DNA of 63,990 bases, the filler included, from Octopus bimaculoides (Eukaryota), in the NCBI RefSeq assembly GCF_001194135.2. It is 5 parts of 5 records of this genome, joined end to end, with 100 filler letters (N's around TTAATTAATTAA, not from the genome) between each part and the next. Parts side by side here need not be neighbours in the genome. Positions count along the whole stretch, not along the records: positions 43,530 to 62,178 come from NC_068990.1; positions 62,279 to 63,990 come from NC_069005.1; 3 more parts are not named here. One strand, 5' to 3'. Below are positions 49,764 through 63,101 of the stretch, piece after piece. The translations under genes were made by a program, and so were the position numbers. The notes below the pieces were generated by a model that saw only the letters and a list, made by a program, of their open reading frames with translations, was not told the origin of the DNA and searched no databases. How positions within the stretch are numbered: the stretch's first letter is position 1; each line of letters begins with the position of its first letter.

Positions 49764-50049
49764 GAATGAACCGATCAAAACAATTATCCATCTGGAAACA
49801 AGTGAGGTAGATTTTAACCAAGTCTTCTAAAACAATAATTTAGTTTGCCTCTACCGTCTCAATCATATAAGACATTATAATACTCGTATTAAGCTAGTTG
49901 CGATCGTAGCAAAAATGCAATGAATTTCAGATCTCAGTAGAGATATAGAAGTTATTGCATCATTGAATATCTCCATGGATATTCCACCTCTGTTTCTGAT
50001 CTAAGTCAAATATTTTTGGTATCTAATATACTGTATTTAATGGTATATA

Positions 50050-50830
50050 AGATGTACTTTTTACAAAAAAAGTGTCTCAAATAAATCACGCCAGGTACTG
50101 CGACGTTGAACTTCCTATAAGCCAATTTTGCGCTTTAATACACTAAAAACAGATTTTCCTGAATATGTACAGCTGTCTAATACGCTTGTGCATCTTTTAT
50201 ACCAGCAAATTCAGTAACTTTCCTAAAATTAACTTCCTTTTACTATATTGCTTGGTGTGTTTGTAACATGTGGAATAGATATGAAAAAGTGCTTTCATGT
50301 TGACTTTTGAGGAGTCCACCAACCATCGCCAGTCATCCATATTACGTTCATGACCAACACTACGTATGGTTGAATTAACATCTTTACAAAGTAAAAGTTC
50401 AATTTTCATGGAAACGCCATTCTTTGAATTCATCATGGCAGCTGCATAAAGCACAAACTTTAATAATCAAGTTACAGTTACAGTAGATTCCAACCTTTTA
50501 AATCAATCAGATTTTCTTGTTACCTAAATTTGCTTCATTGGACGAATGGTTAACCTGGAATATTAGTTCAGAAATCTTATCTTATAACACGTGATATGTT
50601 CCAACTTCGTTTGATTCCTCAACCATAAATGGAAGATATTTGATGAATATTTGATATGGGAAGTTAATAACTGTGAGTCCTTATTCTTGGCTTTATTACC
50701 CACTTTCCATCAGAAATTAAATTCAAAGCATTTTCCTCTCAAGAAGTGTACGGTTTTGAATTTTAAAGTTAGATCACTGCATACCTAACAGAAGAAACAT
50801 GAATGATTCGGGCAGTTCACAACTTGGTAA
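50050..50830 (-). pseudogene. Chapaev-like (CMC) DNA transposase relic
   Basis: N-terminal Cys motif CPNHSCFFC*VCSDLTLK...KCFEFNF*WKVGNKAK and DDWRWLVDSSKVNMKALFH, resembling FCY.CG...AY.LYFG.K.GDQDK and EWRLFIDSSK.SLKAVLLH. Family name assigned from memory of these motifs. Confidence 0.6.
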
Positions 50831-51224
50831 AGTATTTACATAAACACAAAATTGGTGTAAAACCCAACTAAACGCCGCACACACTAGCTGTTAACAGTGG
50901 AGTATTTACAAGAAGACTGATTTGGTGCTGGTTATAGCAGAGACACTAGACCCGTGCCTGAACAAGTCTATAGATATTTCAAACTACACAGTCTCCACAG
51001 TCTCTAAATTCAACCAAATTTATCCGGCTAGCATTGTTAAAACACGGAAATATTAGACACACCCCAGTTTTTGCCTGCACATATTCAGGGAAAATAGTAA
51101 TATTTAAAGAAACTTCAATTACAGAACCTGGGATGCTTTTCTGAGACATTATTTGGAATGTGTCTTATATGCCATCAAAACTGGTGACACCAATTTTGCA
51201 TAAAAATTACTATAACATATACAG

Positions 51225-51647
51225 TAATCTTGGTTTCAAATTTTGACACAAGGTCAGTAATTTCGGGAGATGGCGTAAGTCAATTACATCGATTCCTGTG
51301 CTCAACTTATTTTATCGATCCTGAAAGAATGAAAGGCAAGGTAAACCACAGCGGAATTTGGACTCGGTACGTAAAGACGAACGAAATGTCACTAAGCATT
51401 TCACCCGGCATGCTAACGTTTCTTATTTCTTTATTGCCCACAAGGGGCTAAACATAGAGGGGACAAACAAATGCATTAAGTCAAATACATCGACCCCAGT
51501 GCGTAACTGGTACTTAATTTATCGACCCCGAAAGGATGAAAAGCAAAGTCGACCTCGGCGGAATTTGAACTCAGAACGTAACGGCAGACGAAATACTGCT
51601 AAACATTTCGCCCGGCGTGCTAACGTTTCTGCCAACTCGCCGCCTTA
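51225..51647 (-). mobile_element. Two adjacent SINE family A copies, one with an alternative 3' tail
   Basis: Heads at about 51415 and 51640; tail variant ttattgcccacaaggggctaaacatagagggg. Confidence 0.85.
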
Positions 51648-52445
51648 ATGTCTACAGTAATATTAAAATATTGTAGAGAAAGTAATTAGAATATTATGTG
51701 TTGCTTGTTTTGTTTTTTTTTATCCGGTAATTCTATTAAATGAACGGAAAATGAACAGGTGTCGCAAGAAAACTAAACCTGACAGGAAAAAAAATCTTAT
51801 TTCATATTTTAGATGTACAACACACAAAAACGCACTCAGAAACCCAATAAAATCACATGTGACAAAATCATTTTCGTCAAATATTGTTATTATTGCATTA
51901 TTTAACCAATAAAATCCACCCAGATTTATTCGTGTTGTTACTTAGAAAATAAACAGTAAAAATTACGTACAGACAATTTTTGGTGTTGTATCTACGAACA
52001 ATCTTTTAATTTCCTAAACCCATAAAAATCGTTTACTTCGTAGAGAAATAGAATTGCTTAAACAACTCGCTGCCACTATAATATTGTTTAGTAAAAGAGG
52101 GTGAAAGAAAATTAAGTCAAAACTGGCGAAATATATCTCTTCCTCGAGGGTGATTTACGATCAACTGCTGTTAACGACATATTTGTACAACAAGGAGAGC
52201 AACATAGTCCGGAATTGTGCCGACCGCTACTCTTCGATACACTTCTATGATTCTATCACGACTTGATTGCTTATTCTTCAGATTTTATGTAGCACAATAA
52301 ATATCCAGACATGAGGAAAGAAAGGAAACATATATGCATACGTACATGTACAAACATTCGTGTATATATATGTGTGTGTAGGAAGGGGGCGTGTGTATGT
52401 GAGTGTATGTATGCGTACTCATTTGTATGTGTATATATATGTATG

Positions 52446-52484
<39 letters not shown>

Positions 52485-52533
52485 ATGTATATATGTGTGT
52501 GTGGTATAGATAGATATAGAAATGGATATAATA

Positions 52534-52573
<40 letters not shown>

Positions 52574-53045
52574 GCATATATTATACATATATATATATAC
52601 ATATATTTTACACATGTAAAAAAGGAATGTATAGATAGCTGCTAACCAAGTGTGGCGTCCTACACAGGACAGTGCTACTGACTTTTATATCCCTAAGAAG
52701 ACATCTCTTCCAGCTGGCTAACGACACACATTCTGTGTCCGATTAGTATTTGCGAGGGAAGGTCATCGCTCCCATCTCTAACCTTACGTGATACACACAG
52801 ACTCGATGTAGTTTAATATCTTGCTCACATCAACTCATAAACTTACAACTCACCAATAATTTATGTAAATTTTATCATGCTTACCGTGCTTGAAGACGTA
52901 ACTTAAGATCTCATATCCTGTTTCTGAATTTTGTGCTATTTCAAACTTGTACTTATAAACCAAGCGTTTTGATATTTTTATTGCATTGTTTTACCAATAA
53001 GATCGGAAGATGTCTGTTTTCTGTTCATGTGTGTGTGTGGGGGGG

Positions 53046-53366
53046 GGAGGTGCAATGAGCCAGTGGTTAGGGCAGCGGACTTGCAGTCGTAGGATCGCGG
53101 TTTCGATTCCCAGACCGGACGTTGTAAGTGTTTATTGAGCGAAAGCACCTAAAGCTCCACGAGGCTCTGGCAGGGGGTGGTGGTGAACCTTTCTGTACAT
53201 ATTCACCACAACTTTCTCTCACTCTTTCTTCCTGTTTCTGTTGTACCTGTATTTCAAAGGGCCAGTCTTGTCACTCTGTGTCACGCTGAATTTCCCCGAG
53301 AACTACGTTAAGGGTACACGTGTCTGTGGAGTGCTCAGCTTCTTGCACGTTAATTCCACGAGCAAG
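53046..53366 (+). mobile_element. SINE family B, 3' end missing
   Basis: Co-linear with 21128-21450. Confidence 0.88.
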
Positions 53367-53376
53367 CGTGCCATGA

Positions 53377-53425
<49 letters not shown>

Positions 53426-54501
53426 GGAAATAAAGAATCATTTATAATTTATAATGCTTGTAAACCTTTTAAATTTTCTTTCAGTTTCCTACATACTTCT
53501 CAACCCCTCCATTAGAGATTAACTAAAATATAAGGACCAGGAGTCCATAAGTTCTCTGTTAAGTAATTAGTTTCAAAAGATATCATTATTATCATCATAA
53601 TGAGGGCGAGTTAATAAACTGAGTAAAGTACTATATGTTTTATAGTATGTAGTTTCGCGCTTTACATTTCAAATCTGGATTTTGGTCGACTTTGCTTCTG
53701 GCGGTGAAGGTAGAAAACTTTTAGTCATGTAATGGAATCAATTTAATTGACTGTAACCATTATACTTGCACATATGGCCTTGAAAGAAATGATTTTCATC
53801 ATCGACATTGCCTTGATCATCTTCCTTAATATTATTCGTAGATTCAACATTTTGTTGTTAATAAACATAAAACAACTCAAAGAAAAAGGAAAAAATGCAT
53901 ATACATCCCCCTTCCCACCTGTGTGTATCTTGATACATGCTCCCACCATCACCTAGTTAAACAACAATCATCAAAATACACACTAGCGCCTCCATAACGC
54001 TTCCTATCGACATCTCCACTACTATTTACTTTTACAACAATCATTAACATATACCCTCGTCCCACCCGAACGCCTTCTCCACCACCACCATATTCTTGTG
54101 TTCTTTATTCTTCAGACTCCAATTTTACTTCAGAGCAACTAAAAATTGTAATCAATATTTGTTGATATTTTCAAATCCTGCTGGAATCGCAGAATTTAGA
54201 TCGATTGAAGCAGCTATAGGTTTGGGAAGAAAACTCTCAAAGAATGTCTCTTGATCGATATGAACTATCGATTTCAATAATGTATTGATAAACTTCACCA
54301 TCTGCACTAATTGCAGTACATGTAAGCTGTTTTATATCCTGCCAGATACAATGGTACCATCCAATTATTCCAAGCATCATGTGCATTGATTTAGAATAAG
54401 TTATATACATATTTGAAGAGATCAACATGAATATTTTATGCAAGTTTACACATAAAATATATTCTTCAATCATAATGAGCTAATATATATATACACACAC
54501 A

Positions 54502-54539
<38 letters not shown>

Positions 54540-54592
54540 TGTCTGTACGCGTGAGCGTGTGTATGTATGTATATGTTTAAGATGTATAAGCG

Positions 54593-54623
<31 letters not shown>

Positions 54624-55149
54624 ATATATATATATATGATACGTATGTACATAAATTTGTGTCGCACTTGATAGAAGTAAAAACATTGAAATTATTTGGT
54701 TTAAAATTCGTATGTTTTTTTCTCTCTCTAGCTTTCCAAATTTGAACACAATGCAAACCTTAAAAAGTGTGCAGCCGACAAAATGAAAGATGATTATTTA
54801 TAACAACTAAAAATAACTCGATCTTGAATAGAAGACTTTCAAGAAAACAGTACCGTATACAAAGTAGTAAACTTGAAAAGAATCATCGACCAAGTTGAGA
54901 CACAGAAACTGATAAAGTAATACTTCTAGAATGTACGAAATTGTTTTTCTGTATGTTTGTGTTATACTTTCGTCGTTTTTTATTTTATTTTTTGTGGTGG
55001 AGGGGAATCTTAGTGTTTGCTTTTGTTATATGTTTCTGACTGAAAACTATTTACGGAGAAGTACTTGCCTCCAAGTCATCTGAAATGTTTTCTTCGAGTT
55101 TCTTTGCTCTTATAAAAGCATTCAAAGAGTAAGTTCTTTCAGCCCCAGC

Positions 55150-55480
55150 AAACAGATGCCATTGTACACTGCGATGATCTGACCTCTGAAGACGGGAAAG
55201 AAGCCGATAGGTGGCCAGGGTCCACTCTGTCGAATGTCTTGGACTGATCCAATTGATCAGCGCCCTGTCAATGCCAGATCTATTCTCGACCCTCTCCTAT
55301 TATATATCAGATGAGGTGGAAGTTATCGTGAACAGACGTGTCCAGGATCGCACAGGTTTTGCGTATTCCACTACGCTACCGATAAGAGCCAGCCTTTTGT
55401 TGAGCATCTTTGCTAAACTCTTTAACTTCGTGTTGATCTGAAATTATAGTTCTAAAATTTTCAGTCATGGAATCTTCCTT
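55150..55480 (-). pseudogene. L1/Tx1-clade reverse transcriptase fragment
   Basis: INTKLKSLAKMLNKRL / TCAILDTSVHDNFHLI*YII / LDQSKTFDRVD correspond to N.DYKILAK.L..RL, TC.IPGR.I.DN and LDQ.KAFDRVDH. Confidence 0.8.
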
Positions 55481-55765
55481 AACATTGTCTCCACTCGTCG
55501 ACTCACTCACAGTCTTGGAATGTTCCCAGTCTGTTGCCAGCTGTAGTAGACGGCTACCAAGAGACAGGAGAAAACGAGTCAGGCTTATAGAAATATAGTT
55601 TATAGGACAGATTATCCAATCCTGGCAATTTGCGCCCCATACAGTAACTCAGTATATCCGCCACCGAGGTCGACTTTGCCTTTCATCCTTTCGGGGTCGA
55701 TAAATTAAATGCCAGTGAAACTAGTTCTTCCCTCCAAAATTTCAGGCTTTGTGCTTGGATTATTA

Positions 55766-56148
55766 TTATTCCCTCCGCCTTAGCGAAGGCGGAGGTATTG
55801 TTTCCAGTCGTGTTTGTTTGATTGTTTGTTTGTTTTCCGTGGACAAGATATCTCAAGAACTGCTGGATGGATTCGGATGAAACTTTCAGGGATGTTTGGC
55901 TTTGTGACTGGCATGAACTGATCAGATTTTGGGATCAATACGGTACCAGACAAGGGTTCTGAATTATTTTCCCTGTTTTTTTTTTTACTTAATTTTTGAG
56001 AACGGTCGGGTTCATTTTTAGTATTCTCGTTTGTGAGAGCAGTCGAGTTTATTTCAGATATTCTCGTTTTAAAAATCATCTCTGGCTAATCGTTGAGAGG
56101 ACGTTGGTGTTGCCTTGGCGGAGGTTTGCACTCTCTGAGTGCTCTTGT
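55766..56148 (+). mobile_element. Helentron-associated non-autonomous element (HINE/DINE-1-like)
   Basis: 5' hairpin cctccgccttagcgaaggcggagg, (GTTT)n tract, 3' subterminal ccttggcggagg (56113-56124), terminal stem-loop gcactctctgagtgc (56128-56142). Confidence 0.75.
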
Positions 56149-56158
56149 CATTATTATT

Positions 56159-56197
<39 letters not shown>

Positions 56198-57265
56198 TAA
56201 GGAATTAAACTCAATATAAGCAGTACTTCTATTTTATTTTTAGTTTGTTTTGATTGAGATTATTGCCTGTATAAAATTATAAATATAGAGGCTACTTTAA
56301 TTAAATACAGAATATATATTTTTAATAAACATAGGACACATCTCTAATAGCTTTAGAAAAGTATTTCAAATTGATATAGAACATACATTAAGTACGGATA
56401 GAACACATCTCTAATAACTATAAAATACATTGTAAATTAATGTTTAATTAATTTAAACAAACATGATATCCTATCGAATAGATACAGAACATACTTTAAA
56501 TAAATATGCAAGATATTTTAATACCAATTTCTAAAGCCAGTGGAATGAATGAAATTATACATGCTTGGGGTGAATGCCTTTAAATATTTATTTCGATGTC
56601 ACACTATTCTGTATTCTAAACAGACGTTTTATTCATTTAAATTTTGGTAACGTACCCAGGTACGACGGAACTCATTGCTACTCATTTGTGTCTTTGTGTT
56701 CACATAAGAAGTCAAATAACACCAATTACTATTAATTAAACTCTCTAATGAGAATTTTGAATAGTTTTCGTTAATAAGTTGAACTCGATCAGTAATTAGT
56801 CTTGACATATAAAAGTCATTAAAGATGTTTATGAAATATTATAATTAAGTTTAATTTCCGTGGAGAATCACGTCATCTGAACTTGCTTGATGAGAATTAA
56901 ATATTATTTGTAATAAGATGAAAGCTGTGTATTAATGCGTCTCACAATTTATGATTTTAAAATTAATATTATTAATCATCATTAAGATTAGTTATGAAAA
57001 TTAAAATTCGTTAAGAATTATAGCGCATTTTCATTATAGATATGACGTTTCTGAATATTGGGTAAGGACCGACAGAATACGATCGCAAATAAAAGTCTCT
57101 GACTGGGGTTCCTCCGAGTGGTCTCTAGAGTTACGCCACTCGACAAGGTGAGAAGCTCGGAGGTCAGAGAGTCTTTCCAGGTCGAGCCGCTACTTCTCTG
57201 CGTCGAGTGATCACAGCTCCTGTATTGCGGACATGTGATTAGAATGTCACAGAAACGAATCACAA

Positions 57266-57434
57266 GGCGCAGAAGTGGCTGTGTGGTAAGTAGCTTGCTC
57301 ACCAACCACATGGTTCCGGGTTCATTCTCACTGCGTGGTACCTTGGGCAAGTGTCTTCTACTATAGCCTCGGGCTGACCAAAGCCTTGTGAGTGGATTTG
57401 GTAGACGGAAACTGAAAGAAGCCCGTCGTATATA

Positions 57435-57481
<47 letters not shown>

Positions 57482-57729
57482 TTGTGTGTATATATGTTTG
57501 TGTGTGTATATATGTTTGTGTATCTGTGTTTCCCCCCACCCAACATCACTTGACAACCGATGGTGGTGTGTTTACGTCCCCGTAACTTAGCGGTTAGGCA
57601 AAAGATACCGATAGAATAAGTACTAGGCTTCCAAAGAATAAGTCCTGGGGTCGATTTGCTCGACTAAAGGCGGTGCTCTAGCATGGCCGCAGTCAAATGA
57701 CTGAAACAAGTAAAAGAATAGAAAGAATA
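57266..57729 (+). mobile_element. SINE family D, full length with internal (TG)n
   Basis: tggctgtgtgg head, accttgggcaagt core, internal microsatellite, tail ggccgcagtcaaatgactgaaacaagtaaaaga. Confidence 0.9.
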
Positions 57730-58334
57730 AGGCAGATTCTTTAAGCCGAACCAACCGACAGGTAGCCTATGAGTAGACCAAGAACGAAATGATTGGATAA
57801 TATCCATAGTCTCTGTTGGTCATGCTTGGGAATCCAGCAGGAAATTATAGTACCGGTTGCTTCTAATAGGACCCTGAGGAGGAAGTGGCTGAGGATTATA
57901 CTGCCACGTCTCTAACCAGTAATTGTAGGTGAAGATGGATGGATGTAACGTTTATAACACTTGTAGCACGCTGACAGAAATTCAGGTTTCGCACGTAATC
58001 ATTTGTCATTGCCTTGATTTGTCTTGGGTCCTTAACTCATTGGTGAATTCAAAGAGGTGATATATGGGAACGTCTGAGATATATTAAGACCTTGTGGAAC
58101 CCATCTGTCTCCACGTCTGACCACAACCAATGTTTTTTTTTTTTCCAAAAGAGAAATAGACTGGCAGACAGAAAGAAAAAGTGAGAGAAACAGAAGAGTT
58201 GAGACTCCAGTATACAACTGGTACTTTATGTGTCGACCCTGAAAATAATGAATAGCAAGGTTGGCCTGGGCAGAATTTTTACTCAAACCGTAAAAAGTCT
58301 GAATGATTACTATAAAGTAATTTATACGACGCTC

Positions 58335-58665
58335 TTAAACAGGAACTCCGTCAGTTACGACAAGTGTTCCAGTTAATCTGATCAACGGAACAGCCTGCTC
58401 GATAAATTAACATGTAATTGGCTGAGCACTCCACAGACACTCGTACCTTTAACGTAGTTCTTAAGGAAATTCAGCGTGACACACCGATTGGGACAAGGCT
58501 GGCCTGTTGAAATACAGGTACTACGCATTTTTGCCAGCTGAGTGGACTTAGAGCAACGTGGAATATAGTATCTTGCTCAAAGATACAATGGGCTACCGGA
58601 TATCGAACTCATAACCTTACGATCGTGAGTCGAATATCCCTAACCACCAAGCCACGCGCCTTCAC
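58335..58665 (-). mobile_element. Chimeric SINE: family C head and core, family B tail
   Basis: 58520-58665 matches family C; 58335-58515 matches the family B 3' half. Confidence 0.75.
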
Positions 58666-59184
58666 GCGATGCTCTGACAACTCAAATAAGTGACACTTTC
58701 AATTGTAATTACCTCTGCGTGCGCGAAAATGGTATTTTTGTCACGCAACACCCAGCTCCGTATATTCATGTCAAGGTTTAATGTTGCCTAGTTTTCATTG
58801 CAATAATGGAGGATAATTATACTATCATGAATTATAACGTTCTTTTTTTTATTAGATATTAACTGGATCATAACAAAATACAAATAATAATAGTGCTTCC
58901 TCTTAACCATAATTCGTAAATCATAATCATAACTACTTATATCGTATATGACATATATAGTTAATATCTATCATACAACGTCATTTTAACTTGGTCCATC
59001 CTAAAGTTGGAAGGAACTATCATAAAATATGGGTATGTTTTCAGACAAAAAATAATGGTGTATCAATCCAGTTATATATTTAGGGAGATGAAATATTGTA
59101 TTTACCTTTCCGTGTTGATAAGACATTGATTTCTTATAACCTTCATAAATTCGAATAATTATAGATTTCAAATTTCGGCACGAG

Positions 59185-59377
59185 GCCAGCAATTTCGGTG
59201 GTGGGGTTAAGTCAATTACATCGACCTCGGTGTTCAACTGATACTTACTTTATCAACTATCAGGGATGAATGGCAAAGGCGACCCCGGCGATATTTGAAC
59301 TCAAAACGTAAACTGGGAAGAAATACCGCTAAGCATTTTTTCGGGCACAGTAACGATTCTGCCAAGTCGCCGTCTTA
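59185..59377 (-). mobile_element. SINE family A
   Basis: gatgaatggcaaaggcgacc...tttgaactcaaaacgt...taacgattctgcc. Confidence 0.8.
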
Positions 59378-61202
59378 TAAATTTGAATAGTTATGACTTC
59401 ATACTGTTGTTTCCATTATTGTTTGACCACAGAAGAATAAGCAATGCAGACTTAACTATGCCTTATACTCAAACTCAGGCTACAAATATTCTGCTCCAAA
59501 TAATCATTGTCGTTGTTTTTGCTGATGTTAAAATTGTGAATTTTGTTCATCCTCACGTTAGTCCTGATAGAACAGACTTCTGATCAAAAGCGTTCCAGTC
59601 TGATCATTTTTTTTTTTTCTCAGACATTATCCAACGTGGGTTTTTTTGTTTTTTTTTAAGACGGTAGGATATGATCTGGGGGAGATAACGCTGCTGTTTC
59701 TAACAGATCGGGTGAGCAGACAGAGGCTCACTAATTGGTTTGTTTTGATGATTTACCATAACTTATTAAAATACTTCAACAATAATTTTAATGAATAAAA
59801 TCATAGAAATCTTCAACTGTAACAACAACATCAATGTCGACAACTAAAGCTGGCAAAATAATAATTAACTTTCAAGAAAGCGAATTAGTAGAATTGTTTG
59901 AGCATCTGACAGAATGTTTCATGTTATTTGTTTTGGCTAATTGAATTCTGAGTTCATATCCCGCAGAGATCAAATTTACTTTTCCTTCTTTCGGGATCGA
60001 TGAAAACAGTAGCAATCCGAGGCGGTGGCTTGGAAAAACAGTAAGAATGTCGGAGCGAATGTTTTTCGGTATTTGTTCCCGCATTTAACGTTCTGAGCTT
60101 AGATCCACCCAAACCAATTTAGGAGGTAGACGTAACCCTTTACTCGGTTTAACACTGCCACCACCTGATACGTTGGGTGCCTTTAGCTGAGTCTAGACTG
60201 TCACCGGGTTTCCCGTTTGCAGATAGGTTTCTCCCATCCACCAGTTTTGGAGACCCTCTAACAAGGCATGAGCGCTACCTTCCCAACCTCGACTCAGAGA
60301 TAAAAATGCAACACGACAGCCAAAATGATTCAATCAGTAATAAAGGACAAAATATTCGCTTATAAATAACGGTGTATCAAAACTAAACGCAATCTCATTG
60401 ACTGAACATAGGCATGGTTATATGGTCAAGGTAGCTGTAAGCTTGGCTGCAACGTTAACAAGTTCGATTCATAACAACTTGGCTTCTGATTCGGACACAC
60501 TACGTGGAACCATGAGCAAATGTTTTCTATCACAGTGCTGGATCTTGCCAATGACTTAATAGTGAAATTGGTAAAGGGATACAGGTCGAAGGTCGATCGT
60601 GTGGGGGGTGTAGCATAGACAGGAATAATGGGTTATGTATATTTAATTATTTAGTAGAGGCTTACAGCTATTTCAGATTTGCATTTGGGTACATTCATGG
60701 TTCAATTTTACTAATCGATTGATTGATCCACTGAAAATATACGAAACCGCCTGCACAGTGCTATCTTTCTCAGATCCAAAACAAATCAACTATCAATGAA
60801 ATACAAGAAAAAAAGAAAAGAAAAGAAAAAGGATATAATTTGGTCGGTGGAGCACTTATACAGAATTAGACCACCTGTTTCTAGCCATCAACCTTAAGCT
60901 ATTGTTCTCTTTTACCAAAGGTGAATAGTATCGACATTCATTAGATCAGTGGCAGGCATTTGACGTTTTCTTCTAAATTTCGGAAACAATGTGAGATGGA
61001 AGTATATTTGCAAATATACAAGCCAAAAGGCAGCTATGGTATTGTTAATTATATTAAACCTGACATATCAAAATCTGTCTAATTAATTAAAAGGAATTCA
61101 TATAAGTACAAAATAATTAACAGAAATTGTTAGCACTAGTAATCAGGAATTATAAAATTATGAATAAATAAACTATGTCAGGTAAAGTAATATATATATA
61201 TT

Positions 61203-61383
61203 CCTTTATTCTCTTACCTGTTTCAGTCATTTGACTGCGGCCATGCTGGAGCACCACCTTTAGTCAAAGAAATCTTCCCCAGGACTTATTTTTTGTAAGC
61301 CTAGTACTTATTCCATCGGTCTATTTTGCTGAACCGCTTGTTGACAGGTACGTAAACAAGCCAATATCGGTTGTCACACACTC

Positions 61384-61414
<31 letters not shown>

Positions 61415-61571
61415 ACAGGCTTCTTTCAGTTTCTGTATACCAAATCCATTCACAAGGCTTTGGTCGGACCGAGGTTATAGTAGAAGACACTTGCCCAAGG
61501 CCGAGACTATAGTAGAAGACTGAACCCGGAACCATGCGGTTAGGAATCAAGTTTCTTATTACGCAACCATG

Positions 61572-61575
<4 letters not shown>
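61203..61575 (-). mobile_element. SINE family D
   Basis: gtttcagtcatttgactgcggccatgctggagcacc tail and internal (TG)n. Confidence 0.85.
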
Positions 61576-61614
<39 letters not shown>

Positions 61615-61758
61615 CGTGAGAGAGTTAGGGGTTGGGGGTTCAACCCACTAAGGGATAGTATCTATCCAGTATACTGCTGGGAGGGTACCCAATTATTGCT
61701 ACACTAGTGCTATACTAGGTGCAATCAATGGGAGCGGGTAAAGGTAGAGGTTTTACCC

Positions 61759-62178
61759 AAAATATGTGTAACAATTAGAAAATGGAGGATAATATGCTGA
61801 ACCCAACTACTTGCAGACGGTGTATCCCGTTGAATTCATTAATTTAATTCATAGCAAAAGTGACAAAAAAAGGAAGAAAAGAAAAAGAAAGAAAGAACCA
61901 AAGCACATGTGTCTATGGCAGACTATGTTATTTTGCCAACATGATTTACATATAGAAGTACAAAGTACATAAGGAGTACTTCTATATGTAAACCATGTTG
62001 GCAAAATAACATAGTCTGCCATAGACACATGTGCTTTGGTTCTTTCTTTCTTTTTCTTTTCTTCCTTTTTTTGTCACTTTTGCTATGAATTAAATTAATG
62101 AATTCAACGGGATACACCGTCTGCAAGTAGTTGGGTTCAGCATATTATCCTCCATTTTCTAATTGTTACACAAATTTT
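61759..62178. repeat. Fold-back inverted repeat, 203-bp arms, 14-nt spacer, abutting a scaffold join
   Basis: 61759-61961 versus 61976-62178, 2 mismatches seen. Confidence 0.92.
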
Positions 62179-63101
62179 NNNNNNNNNNNNNNNNNNNNNN
62201 NNNNNNNNNNNNNNNNNNNNNNTTAATTAATTAANNNNNNNNNNNNNNNNNNNNNNNNNNNNNNNNNNNNNNNNNNNNATACATAATGCATGGGAATCAT
62301 CTTATATATATATATATATATACACACACATAAGCAACAGGCTTCTTTCAGTTTCTGTCTCCTGGACCCATTCACAAAAGCTTTGGTTGACCTGCAGCTA
62401 CAGTAGAAGACACTTGCCCAAAGTTCCATGCAGTAGGACTGAACCCCAGACCATGTAGCTGGGAAGCAAATGCCTTACCGCGCAGTCGTACCTGCAGGTG
62501 CAAAAGCAAAAGACAAAACAATGAAATCATTTCAGATTATGACTGCAGCAGTAATCATAGGAAGTACAAAGTGATGGTGTTTAGCCTGAACAGGCTTAGT
62601 GATGCATAATCATTCCTGTACATTATTATGCCATTCATCTGGTGAAACTTCAAGCAGCAGTTCCCATCTTCCCTGTAATCTGTATAAATATTATATATAA
62701 TGTTAGAAACAAATATATGTGTTTGTGTGTCTATCTGTCGGCGTGTTAGTCTGTATTATAATTAAACATATATCACTGTTTTCTTGTGATTTTAAAATTT
62801 TAAGCTACATATTAGCGTAATTTATATATATATTTATATATATGATTCAAATGAAGTTTTTCTTCTTTTTGAATGTTAGTTTTCTTTATCTGTATCAGAA
62901 ATGATTGTGTGATTTCAGTTTTATTCATGCATAAATACAAAGTGTCACTTGTGGAGGGTGTTGGCTAGCAGATGGAAGTTTTAAGAATAGAGTTTTTCAG
63001 TCATAATACCTTAATATATGCGCAGCAACATATTATTTGTAGCTGCACAGGTGGTGTGTAATTTTGAAAATATATAAGCTTAACATTTAAATTTTCAATA
63101 G

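Noticed and set aside
55780-56079. 99-aa minus-strand ORF
   Set aside because: Lies within the non-coding Helentron-type element.
57050-57260. GC-richer segment resembling LINE coding sequence
   Set aside because: No motif recognised in any frame.
60120-60365. 62-aa ORF in a GC-richer patch
   Set aside because: No motif or splice support; probably a fragment of a retroelement UTR.
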